Below are positions 54,793-64,000 of a DNA stretch of 64,000 nucleotides, in pieces. The position numbers and the translations under genes are program-made. Position 1 is the stretch's first letter. Each line of letters opens with the position of its first letter. Under the pieces are notes generated by a model that ran no database searches, was not told the origin of the DNA, and saw only the letters and a program-made list of their open reading frames with translations. Source of the DNA: an uncultured Gemmatimonadales bacterium. Lineage in GTDB: Bacteria; Gemmatimonadota; Gemmatimonadetes; Gemmatimonadales; GWC2-71-9. The stretch spans positions 622,192 through 686,191 of the forward strand of contig CAWJWG010000003.1 of the NCBI GenBank assembly GCA_963846545.1, read 5' to 3'.

Positions 54793-57054
54793 GTGCCCGG
54801 TACCGTGCTGACCTTGATCGGATCTCCCGCCGTCGCACGCGCCGACGGAGAGCCTGTCTCGCCGCCGCCCGGCGCCAAGGCGCTCGCCCTCCTCGCCTAC
54901 CTCACGCTAGAGCCCCGCCCCCACACCCGCGAAGCGCTGGCCGATCTGCTCTGGGGAGAGTCGCCCGAGGTCGAGGCGCGGGCCTCTCTCCGCCAGGCCC
55001 TCAAGCAGCTCCGCGACTCGCTCGCCACCATGGTCCACTGCGACCGGAAGCTGGTGCGGCTCGACGAGCCGGTGAGGTGCGACGTGACGGAATTCCTCCG
55101 CCAGGCGGAGACCGATCCCGAAGCTGCCGCGAGCGTGGACATCCCCCGGTTTCTCGCCGGCTTTTCCATTCGTCACGCGCCCCAGTTCGACGACTGGGTG
55201 GCCGAGACCAGGACGTCGCTGCTGCAGCGTTACGCGGCCGTGCTCGGCACCCTGGCGCGAGACGCGATGGACCGGCGGCGCTGGCGGGACGCGGCAGAGC
55301 GGGCCGACCGCTGGCTGGCCAGCGACCGCCTCTCGGATGAAGCGGCACGGGTCGCCATCGAGGCCAGGTACCTCGCCGGCGACCGGGGTGCAGCGCTCGC
55401 CCGGCTGGCGGAGTATCGGAGCGCCCTGCTTCAAGCGACCGGCTGCGAGCCATCCCACGATCTGATCGCGCTCGGACGCCGGATCGAAGCCGAGGCGGGC
55501 CAGGCGCGCGCCGCGCCCGACAGCGACGAATGGTACGCCCGGGCTCCCTCGTTCGACGCCAGCCTGATCGGACGGAGCGACGAGTGGAACACGCTGACGG
55601 CGGTGTGGAAGTCGGCGGCCAAGGGCGCGCGCCGGATCCTGCTGATCGAAGGGGAGGCCGGGGTCGGGAAGTCGCGGCTGGTGGAGGAGTTCCTGCGCAC
55701 GGTCGTGGCCGGCGGGGCCACGGTGTTACGGGGGCGCGGCTACGATGCTACCGCGGCGGTGCCGTTCGCTCCGGTGGTGGAGGCGCTCCGCGCTGCATTA
55801 GACGCGCCGGGCCTCGCCGGCACCGATCCGGAGTGGCTGACCGAAGTGGCGAGGCTGCTGCCCGAGCTGCGGCAGCGCTTCCCTGGTCTGGCCGAGCCCG
55901 AGCCCACGGCCGATCCGACCGACGCCTGGCGGCTCTTCGAGGCTGTAGCCCAGGTGATCGGCTCGCTCGCCGCCGAGCGGCCGCTGGTGATCTCGGTGGA
56001 CGATCTCCAGTGGTGCGACGAGGACAGCTGCAAGCTGATCCAGTTCCTCGCGCGGCGGCTCGACCGCGCGCCGATTCTCTGGCTGGGCACGACCACCCTG
56101 GGCGAGCTGGAGCGCGACGCACCGGCCGCCCGCCTCTGCCGGACTCTCCGTGCCCGGGCCGGAGCGGAGACGATCGCGCTGTCCGGGCTCTGCGAAGAAG
56201 ACGTCTGGCGGCTGGTGCGGGAGCTGGGCCACGTGAGCACGCCGACCGGTGCCCGTCGCTTCGCCAGCCGGATCTCCCGCATCACCAGTGGGAACCCGTT
56301 CTACATCTTCGAGCTCATCAAGACGATGTTCGCCCAGGGGCTGCTGGCGGCGGACGAGCGGACCGGCGAATGGACGGCGTCGCCGTCGGCGCTCGAGGCG
56401 GGCAAGGAGTTCCCGGTCTCCCGTACGGTGCACGACGTCATCGCCGAACGGGTCGACCGGCTCCCTGAGGAGCTGGGGGAGGTCCTCATCACCGTCGCGG
56501 TGGCCGGCGGTCCCGGTTGCCGACCGGAGGCGCTCTCACACGTGCATGGCATCTCCCGGCTCCATGCGGCGGCTGTGTGCGACGCGCTGGCGGAGCGCCG
56601 CCTGCTGGTGGAGGGCGCCGGCGTCTATCGCTGCCTCCATCCGGTCGTCGCCCATGTGGTGCGCGACGGGCTCACGCGGACTCGGCGGCGCGAGGTCCAC
56701 CGTGCGCTGGCCGCGTCCCTGGAAGCGGTCACGCCGGAGGCCCACACGCGGAGCGTCGCGGGCGAAATGGCGCGCCATGCGGAGCAGGGAGGCGACCGGC
56801 GCTTGGCCTACCGTTCGGCACTGCTTGCCAGCGAGGGGGCGCTGGAGCGCTTCGCCTTCTCCGAAGCGCTCTCCTGGCTCGATCTCGCCTCGGCGGTGGC
56901 GGACGACCGCAGCGAGGCCGGCGAAGTGGATCGCCGGACCGCGTCGCTGCTGGAGACAGCGGGCTGGAGCGAAGTGCCGGCAGGAGGTGCCGGACGGGCT
57001 CCCGTCACCCGCGAGATTGTGGGAGAGGACCTGGACCTGCCCGTGCGGGGGTGA
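54793..57054 (+). CDS. SARP-type regulator: OmpR-like wHTH + BTAD + AAA/STAND ATPase + helical C-terminal domain (AfsR-like)
   Basis: ORF of 753 aa. The N-terminus (KALALLAYLTLEPRPHTREALADLLWGE..ARASLRQALKQLR) and ..RYLAGDRGAALARLAEYRSALLQATGCEPSHDL.. form the DNA-binding/BTAD pattern. It has Walker A LIEGEAGVGKSRL and Walker B LVISVDDLQWCD. Confidence 0.85.
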   Translation: MPGTVLTLIGSPAVARADGEPVSPPPGAKALALLAYLTLEPRPHTREALADLLWGESPEVEARASLRQALKQLRDSLATMVHCDRKLVRLDEPVRCDVTEFLRQAETDPEAAASVDIPRFLAGFSIRHAPQFDDWVAETRTSLLQRYAAVLGTLARDAMDRRRWRDAAERADRWLASDRLSDEAARVAIEARYLAGDRGAALARLAEYRSALLQATGCEPSHDLIALGRRIEAEAGQARAAPDSDEWYARAPSFDASLIGRSDEWNTLTAVWKSAAKGARRILLIEGEAGVGKSRLVEEFLRTVVAGGATVLRGRGYDATAAVPFAPVVEALRAALDAPGLAGTDPEWLTEVARLLPELRQRFPGLAEPEPTADPTDAWRLFEAVAQVIGSLAAERPLVISVDDLQWCDEDSCKLIQFLARRLDRAPILWLGTTTLGELERDAPAARLCRTLRARAGAETIALSGLCEEDVWRLVRELGHVSTPTGARRFASRISRITSGNPFYIFELIKTMFAQGLLAADERTGEWTASPSALEAGKEFPVSRTVHDVIAERVDRLPEELGEVLITVAVAGGPGCRPEALSHVHGISRLHAAAVCDALAERRLLVEGAGVYRCLHPVVAHVVRDGLTRTRRREVHRALAASLEAVTPEAHTRSVAGEMARHAEQGGDRRLAYRSALLASEGALERFAFSEALSWLDLASAVADDRSEAGEVDRRTASLLETAGWSEVPAGGAGRAPVTREIVGEDLDLPVRG

Positions 57055-57058
57055 AGCG

Positions 57059-57508
57059 TCAGCCCTCGCTCACCCGGCGGGCGAAATCACTCCAGAAATC
57101 CTCGGTCAGGCGGCGCGCGATGCCCTCGAGCAACCGGGCACCGAGACTGGCGGCGGTCCCGCTGATGGCGCTGGTCGCCGACCAGTTGAGGCGGGTCTGA
57201 TCAGCCCCGGCGTCCTCGAGCCTGAGGTTGGACACCACGTCGACCGCGGAGCCGGGGCCAGTGCCGCGGGCGGTCATCCTGAGGCGCTCCGGCTCGACTA
57301 CGTCGGACAGCTCTATATCCAAGTCGAACTTGATCTTGATCCCGCCGAAGCCAAGCCCGCTGATGACCTTGAAGTGCACCGGGTCGATCGCCTCGACCGA
57401 CTCGACCCCTGGCGCCGATGCGGCGACGAAGTTCGGGTCCATCAGCCGCGACCAGACCGTGGCCCGGGGCGCGCTGATCTCGGGCGCACCGGAGAACTCG
57501 AGTCTCAT
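57059..57508 (-). CDS. SRPBCC superfamily protein, CoxG-like
   Basis: ORF of 149 aa with a CoxG-type pattern (..VWSRLMDPNFVAASAPGVESVE..FKVISGLGFGGIKIKFDLDIEL..). Confidence 0.8.
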   Translation of the reverse strand: MRLEFSGAPEISAPRATVWSRLMDPNFVAASAPGVESVEAIDPVHFKVISGLGFGGIKIKFDLDIELSDVVEPERLRMTARGTGPGSAVDVVSNLRLEDAGADQTRLNWSATSAISGTAASLGARLLEGIARRLTEDFWSDFARRVSEG

Positions 57509-57594
57509 GTACCGGCTCCAGCGATGCCCGGACGCGACGCTCGAGGCGGCTGCCCACCGGGACGAAGGGGCGAAACATGGTTGGGGACACGGGC

Positions 57595-57624
57595 TTGACC
57601 GCTCCCGTGACGAGCGTGTAAAGT
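57595..57624 (+). promoter_or_regulatory. Candidate sigma70-type promoter for tRNA-Asn
   Basis: TTGACC (57595-57600), an 18-nt spacer, then TAAAGT (57619-57624), located 23 nt upstream of the tRNA 5' end. This is motif-only evidence. Confidence 0.3.
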
Positions 57625-57647
57625 GCCTGTCCCGCGTCTACATACTG

Positions 57648-57720
57648 TGGGGTGTAGCTCAATCGGCAGAGCGCCCGGCTGTTAACCGGGAGGTTGCTGG
57701 TTCGACCCCAGCCGCCCCAG
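57648..57720 (+). tRNA. tRNA-Asn (anticodon GTT)
   Basis: Hand-folded cloverleaf. The acceptor TGGGGTG/CGCCCCA has one G-U pair. D arm GCTC/GAGC, anticodon stem CCCGG/CCGGG with loop CTGTTAA, T arm GCTGG-TTCGACC-CCAGC, discriminator G. Length is 73 nt and CCA is not encoded. Confidence 0.95.
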
Positions 57721-57783
57721 TCCACAACGAGGCCCGACCGGCGCCGCCATGGCTCCCGACGGGCCTCGTAGCGTTCCCGCCTA

Positions 57784-59388
<1,605 letters not shown>

Positions 59389-59544
59389 GTGGCGGGTGGA
59401 GGTTGCGGAGTGGGAGGTGAGATCTGCGTGCGAACCCGCACGGGTCCTCCAGCGGGAGCGTTGGTGATGCCGCGGTCGTTCAACAACCTAGCGGGACCGC
59501 GCTGCGCCGGACAACACAGGTGCTCGGCGCTCCCAGCCGTGCGT

Positions 59545-60174
59545 CTACCCGACGTGCAGCGCGATGAAGGCGAAGTGGCACGCACTCCCCGCCAGCACCA
59601 GCAGGTGCCAGAGGCCGTGGTACCCGAACCGCTCAGGCAATGGATCCGGCCGCCGCCGCGCGAAGATCACGGCGCCCACGGTGTATGCCATGCCTCCCGC
59701 AACCAGCCACGCCAGCCCCGCAGCTCCCACCGCGCGCTCGATCGGCACCACCGCCACCAGAGCCAGATAGCCCATCGCCAGATAGGTGGCGTTCGACACC
59801 CAGACCGGTGCGTCGAGCCAGAGGAGCTTGAAGGGGATTCCCACGGCCGCGAATGTCCACGCCGCCGCGAGAAGAGCCAGGCCCCCCGCATCCCGCATCG
59901 TCACCATCGCCACCGGGGTATAGGTCCCCGCGATCAGAAAGTAGATGGCGATGTGGTCGAGCGTCCGGAGCCGCCGGAGTCCCAGTTCGCCGAGCGGTAG
60001 CCCGTGGTACACGGCGCTGGCCGCGTAGAGGAGGACGAGGGTCGCGCCGTAGATGCCGAAGGCCACCCTCTGGGTGGTGCTCTGGGCGACTTGGAGCAGG
60101 AACCAGGTACCGGTGACCGCCAGGACCAGGCCGACGAGGTGGGACCAGGTGTTGAACGGCTCGCGCGGGCGCAT
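59545..60174 (-). CDS. Hemolysin III / PAQR family membrane protein
   Basis: ORF of 209 aa with 7 TM segments, conserved N..SH at the N-terminus (FNTWSHLVG) and ..HGLWHLLVLAGSACHF at the C-terminus. Confidence 0.9.
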   Translation of the reverse strand: MRPREPFNTWSHLVGLVLAVTGTWFLLQVAQSTTQRVAFGIYGATLVLLYAASAVYHGLPLGELGLRRLRTLDHIAIYFLIAGTYTPVAMVTMRDAGGLALLAAAWTFAAVGIPFKLLWLDAPVWVSNATYLAMGYLALVAVVPIERAVGAAGLAWLVAGGMAYTVGAVIFARRRPDPLPERFGYHGLWHLLVLAGSACHFAFIALHVG

Positions 60175-60342
60175 CCCTCGAATCTATCGCGGGGATGTCA
60201 CCCGCGGGCTGCCGGCGAAGTCTTCCCCGGCAGGACTGCAGGCAGGCCTGGTCGGGATACCGCTCCACCTTGTCGCCCGTGGGGGCCGACAATAGGGTAC
60301 AGGGCGGCCGGGGATCCCCTGGCACGCCCCGATCGTGACCCG

Positions 60343-61509
60343 ATGAGGCGCCCTAAGACTGTGCGTATAGCGATCTTCTCCGAAGTCTACTGGCCGATGG
60401 TGAGCGGTGTCGGCGTCACCCTGCTGCGTCTCACCGAGGCGCTGGAGGCGCGCGGGCACGAGCTGCGGGTCTATTCCGCCGCGTACGCCCTCCCCGCCGG
60501 CCAGCCGGACCGGCCCGAAGTGCACCGGTCGCCCAGCGTGCCCCTCTTCCTGTACCCCGATGTGCAGTGGGCCTTCCCCCGCATGCGGGACGTGGTGGAC
60601 GACCTCGCCCGCTTCCGCCCCGACGTGGTCCATGTGGCGACCGAGTTCTCGCTCGGCATCGCCGGGGTGAAGGCCGCCCGCCAGCTCGGCTTCCCCTTGA
60701 TCGCCTCGGCCCACACCGACTACGACCAGTACGCGGCCCGGTATGGCGTTACCTGGGCGCTCCGGGCCGGTTGGCACTACCTCCGCTGGTTCTACGGCCA
60801 GGCGCACAAGGTGCTCTGCCCCTCGCACATCTACGAGGAGCATCTGCACAGCCGCGGCGTGATGCATACCGGCGTGTGGAGCCGTGGGGTCGATCCGGCG
60901 TGCTTCCATCCGCGGTTCCGGAGCGACGCGTACCGCGCGCGGTTCGGGGTCGGGCCGAGTGACCTGCTGGTCACCTACATCGGCCGCATCGCGCGCGAGA
61001 AGAACCTCGAGCTGCTGGTCCATGCCTGGGAGACGCTGGCGCCAGTCCGGGGCACCGCCCGGCTGGTGCTGGTCGGCGGCGGCCCGCTGGAGGACGAGAT
61101 CCGCCGCCGGGAGGTCGCGGGGGTGCACGTCACCGGTCTGCTGCAAGGCCGCGAGCTGTCCGAGGCCTACGCGTCGGCGGACGTGTTCACCTTCCCTTCG
61201 CCCACCGAGACGTTCGGAAATTCGCTGCTCGAGGCGATGGGCTCGGGCCTGCCGTCGCTGGTCGCGGCGTCGGGCGGCGTGCTCGAGTTCGCGGAACACG
61301 GAGGGAACGCGTGGCTGGTGGCACCCGACAGCGCCGAGGCGATCGTGGATGGGCTCGGGCGCCTGCTCACCGACCCCGCGCTACGGCGCCGGCTGGGGCA
61401 GGGTGGACTCGAGACGGCGGCGGCGCGCGACTGGGATCGGGTCTACGATCGACTTCTCGCCGACTATGCCGGGGCGATTGAGGGGAAGCGGATGACGCAG
61501 GCGGCATAG
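60343..61509 (+). CDS. GT4 family glycosyltransferase (SqdX/lipid-glycosyltransferase-like)
   Basis: 388 aa from ATG 60343, internal to ORF 60004..61509. It has IAIFSEVYWPMVSGVGV, and ..FPSPTETFGNSLLEAMGSGLP contains the EX7E motif. Confidence 0.85.
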   Translation: MRRPKTVRIAIFSEVYWPMVSGVGVTLLRLTEALEARGHELRVYSAAYALPAGQPDRPEVHRSPSVPLFLYPDVQWAFPRMRDVVDDLARFRPDVVHVATEFSLGIAGVKAARQLGFPLIASAHTDYDQYAARYGVTWALRAGWHYLRWFYGQAHKVLCPSHIYEEHLHSRGVMHTGVWSRGVDPACFHPRFRSDAYRARFGVGPSDLLVTYIGRIAREKNLELLVHAWETLAPVRGTARLVLVGGGPLEDEIRRREVAGVHVTGLLQGRELSEAYASADVFTFPSPTETFGNSLLEAMGSGLPSLVAASGGVLEFAEHGGNAWLVAPDSAEAIVDGLGRLLTDPALRRRLGQGGLETAAARDWDRVYDRLLADYAGAIEGKRMTQAA

Positions 61510-61521
61510 CCGCCCGGATGG

Positions 61522-62562
61522 TCAGATCTTCGCGTGCCGAAGGAGCAGGTAGGTGATCGCCGCGATGGCGGCGCTCATCGGAATGGTCAGGACCCACGCC
61601 CACACGATCCGCCCCGCCACTCCCCACCGCACCGCCGAAACCCGCTGCGCCGATCCGACGCCGACGATGGCCCCGGTGATGGTGTGGGTCGTGCTCACCG
61701 GCACGCCCAGGCTGGTCGCGAGCAACACCGTGATCCCACCCGCCGTCTCCGCGCAGAACCCACCGAACGGCCGAAGCTTGGTGATGCGCGAGCCCATCGT
61801 CTTCACGATCCGCCAGCCGCCCATCGCGGTGCCCAGGGCGATCGCGATGTGCGCGGCCAGGACGATCCAGAGCGGCACGTGATCAGCCGTCGGCAGGTAG
61901 AGGTAGCCCAGCCACCCGGTGGCGTTCGCGAAATCCGCCTGGCTGGCCACCAGCAGGCTCACGATGATCCCCATCGTCTTCTGCGCGTCGTTTGCCCCGT
62001 GCGACAGGGAGTAGAGTCCGGCGGAGAGGAGCTGGAGTCGTCGGAACACCCGGTCGAGCGGGCCGGGCCGCGCGTTCCGGAGCGGCCAGGAGAGGCCGAC
62101 CGTGAGCAGGAGTGCGATGGCCATGCCGAGCAGCGGCGAGAGGATGATGAAGAGCAGCGGCAGGGTCCAGCCACCGGGGATCAGTGCCCCGAAGCCGGCC
62201 TTGGCGATAGCGGCGCCGGCATAGCCCCCGAGCAGCGCATGCGACGAGGAGCTGGGCAGCCCGGCGTACCAGGTGATCAGGTCCCACACGATCGCCCCGA
62301 TCAGGCCGCCGAGGATCACGCTGGGATCCACCACGGCGATGTCGATCAGCCCCTTGCCGATCGTCTTGGCCACCGCCGTCCCCACGACGAACGCGGCGAT
62401 GAAGTTGAAGAACGCGGCCCAGAACACGGCGACGCCGGGAGTCAGCACCCGGGTGGAGACCACCGTGGCAATCGAGTTCGCGCTGTCGTGAAATCCGTTG
62501 ATGAAGTCGAAGATGAGCGCGATCAGCACGATCACCACGACATAGGCGACTGCGCCGTCCAT
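61522..62562 (-). CDS. Inorganic phosphate transporter, PiT family
   Basis: 346 aa from ATG 62560-62562. It has duplicated PiT signatures (FDFINGFHDSANSIAT and LSHGANDAQKTMG). The upstream part of the track ORF is spurious. Confidence 0.9.
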   Translation of the reverse strand: MDGAVAYVVVIVLIALIFDFINGFHDSANSIATVVSTRVLTPGVAVFWAAFFNFIAAFVVGTAVAKTIGKGLIDIAVVDPSVILGGLIGAIVWDLITWYAGLPSSSSHALLGGYAGAAIAKAGFGALIPGGWTLPLLFIILSPLLGMAIALLLTVGLSWPLRNARPGPLDRVFRRLQLLSAGLYSLSHGANDAQKTMGIIVSLLVASQADFANATGWLGYLYLPTADHVPLWIVLAAHIAIALGTAMGGWRIVKTMGSRITKLRPFGGFCAETAGGITVLLATSLGVPVSTTHTITGAIVGVGSAQRVSAVRWGVAGRIVWAWVLTIPMSAAIAAITYLLLRHAKI

Positions 62563-62564
62563 GC

Positions 62565-63185
62565 TCACCCGTGCTTGATGGAGATGGACTCCAACACGTT
62601 CGAGGCGTCCTCGATCTCGTCGAGCGTCGTCTCGAGGTTGTCGTAGATCTCTTTCCACTTGATCACGGTGAGCGGGTCCGGCTCGCCCTCGAACAGCCGG
62701 CCGAGCCACTCGTGATAGAGGGAGTCGCCCTCTTCCTCCAGCCGCTTCACCTGGACGCACGCCTCCAGCACCGTTCCGCCCTTGTTCTTCTCCAGGGCGC
62801 GCACGGCGACCTGGAGCTGGACCACTGCCCGGCCGATGACGTCGGCGATCAGGACGGCGCCTTCCGGCGCCTTGCCCGCGCGGAACATCTGCAGCCGACG
62901 GGCGGTCCCGTCGATCAGATCGATGACGTCGTCGAGGCGCGAGGCCAGGAGGTGGATGTCTTCCCGGTCCAGCGGGGTGATGAAAACCCGGTCGAGTCGG
63001 GTCACCACCTCGTGAGTGACCTGGTCGGCCTGGTGCTCCAACCGCTTGATCTGATCCACGATAGCCGTCCGGCGTGCGGCGTCCGCGCGCAGCAGCTCCT
63101 GCAGCAGCGTGGCCGACTCGACCGTGAAGGCGGCCACGGCGCTGAACAGGTCGAAGAACTTCTCGTCGCGAGGGAGAAGCCGCAT
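62565..63185 (-). CDS. DUF47 / PhoU-like phosphate transport regulator (YkaA-type)
   Basis: ORF of 206 aa, MRLLPRDEKFFDLF.., helical. It sits immediately upstream of the PiT gene (2-nt gap), the conserved DUF47-PiT pair. Confidence 0.85.
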   Translation of the reverse strand: MRLLPRDEKFFDLFSAVAAFTVESATLLQELLRADAARRTAIVDQIKRLEHQADQVTHEVVTRLDRVFITPLDREDIHLLASRLDDVIDLIDGTARRLQMFRAGKAPEGAVLIADVIGRAVVQLQVAVRALEKNKGGTVLEACVQVKRLEEEGDSLYHEWLGRLFEGEPDPLTVIKWKEIYDNLETTLDEIEDASNVLESISIKHG

Positions 63186-63354
63186 GTGTCACGTCCAGGT
63201 AACGGGTTGAGCGGTCGGGAAGATAGCACCGGCGCGGGTCGGTCAGCCATCAGGCGGCCGGCCGACGGAGCCGGCCGGCCGGCGCGCGGGGATGCTGCAC
63301 CCGTTGGCACTGATAGCCGAGTGCGAATACGCGAGGTAGCTTTCCCTCCCGCGT

Positions 63355-64000
63355 ATGCTCGCCACCCAGGATCCCCGCGAACGGCTCGCCGCCGTCACCC
63401 GGACCGCCCTGCTGGACACCCCACCCGAAGAAGCCTTCGACCGGCTCACGCGGATGGCGGCTCGTCTGCTCGGCGCGCCCGTCTCGCTCATCACCCTGGT
63501 CACCGAGGACCGCCAGTTCTTCAAGAGTGCCACCGGGTTGCCCGAGCCATGGGCGAGCCGGCGCGGCTCACCGCTCACCCACTCCTTCTGCCGCCATGTC
63601 GCGGTGTCGGGGGAGCCGCTGGTGGTGGAGGACACGCGGCGCCATCCGCTCCTCCGGAGTAACCCTGCCGTCCGGGAGCTGGGGTGGATCGCCTACGCCG
63701 GCGTGCCGCTCGTCACCAGTCAGGGCTACGTCGTCGGCGCGTTCAGCGTGGTGGACGGGATGGCGCGGCTCTGGTCCGAGCGCGACGTGGCGCTGCTCCA
63801 CGACCTCGCCGCCTGCGCCGCGTCGGAGATCGAGCTGCGGGTGCTCCGGGCCCAGGACGCGTCGCAGAAGCTGCCGCACGAGAACGGCGGCCCGCGTCCG
63901 CCGGACGTGTTCGAGGACACCGGTATTCCCATGGGCATGGCCTCGTCCGAGGGGCGCTGGACTCGGGTCAACCAACCCCTCTGCGAGCTCCTCGGCGTCC
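63355..64000 (+). CDS. GAF(-PAS) domain sensor protein, 3' end beyond window
   Basis: Hand translation from ATG 63355 gives MLATQDPRERLAAVTRTALLDTPPEEAFDRLTRMAARLLGAPVSLITLVTEDRQFFKS..SFCRHV..AYAGVPLVTSQGYVVGAFSVVD. This is the GAF pattern common in diguanylate-cyclase/kinase sensors. The frame is open to nt 64000. Confidence 0.8.
   Translation, partial: MLATQDPRERLAAVTRTALLDTPPEEAFDRLTRMAARLLGAPVSLITLVTEDRQFFKSATGLPEPWASRRGSPLTHSFCRHVAVSGEPLVVEDTRRHPLLRSNPAVRELGWIAYAGVPLVTSQGYVVGAFSVVDGMARLWSERDVALLHDLAACAASEIELRVLRAQDASQKLPHENGGPRPPDVFEDTGIPMGMASSEGRWTRVNQPLCELLGV

Overview
This is a very GC-rich bacterial chromosomal window. Third codon positions are overwhelmingly G/C, and every strand carries long shadow ORFs. 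I support about 55 genes, densely packed, many joined by 4-nt GTGA/ATGA start-stop overlaps. The gene content (Bacteroidetes-style arginine operon, plant/Chlamydia-type FabI, OmpA with thrombospondin-type-3 repeats) suggests an FCB-group organism such as Gemmatimonadota; that placement is inference only. Left to right the window holds: a tetR-MFP-RND efflux operon, lipid/CoA enzymes, a hybrid histidine kinase, fabI, and tesA divergent from ybbA/ybbP-like ABC genes. Next come a GntR/aminotransferase pair, an HK-HK-RR-M16 peptidase-OsmC block, perM, ompA, and a ring-cleavage dioxygenase/esterase pair. After a tandem M42 peptidase pair sits a nine-gene arginine operon: argG, an unknown gene, argC, argD, argF', argB, an M20 deacylase, argH and argR. 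The right side carries two Ser/Thr kinases, the focal locus, tRNA-Asn, aceB, a PiT/DUF47 pair and a partial GAF sensor. No transposase, integrase, CRISPR array or rRNA was seen. The best candidate for an undescribed system lies at about 45.8-57.1 kb. It comprises a 51-aa peptide gene followed by a hairpin, then three translationally coupled HlyD-type adaptors: one fused to tandem GAF domains, one a lipoprotein, and one fused to an intact M50 metalloprotease with a PqqD/RRE-like N-terminus. No pump or outer-membrane factor gene accompanies them. The locus is flanked by a SARP-type STAND regulator with helically phased repeats and by the two Ser/Thr kinases. The second lead is an uncharacterised BioD/DUF1611-like P-loop protein inside an arginine operon that has no argA or argJ. 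That operon also carries two frameshifts and a 17-bp junction duplication. Other observations are a dispersed long palindromic element (2 copies), a secreted active/degenerate M42 pair, and a probable non-canonical ATA start.
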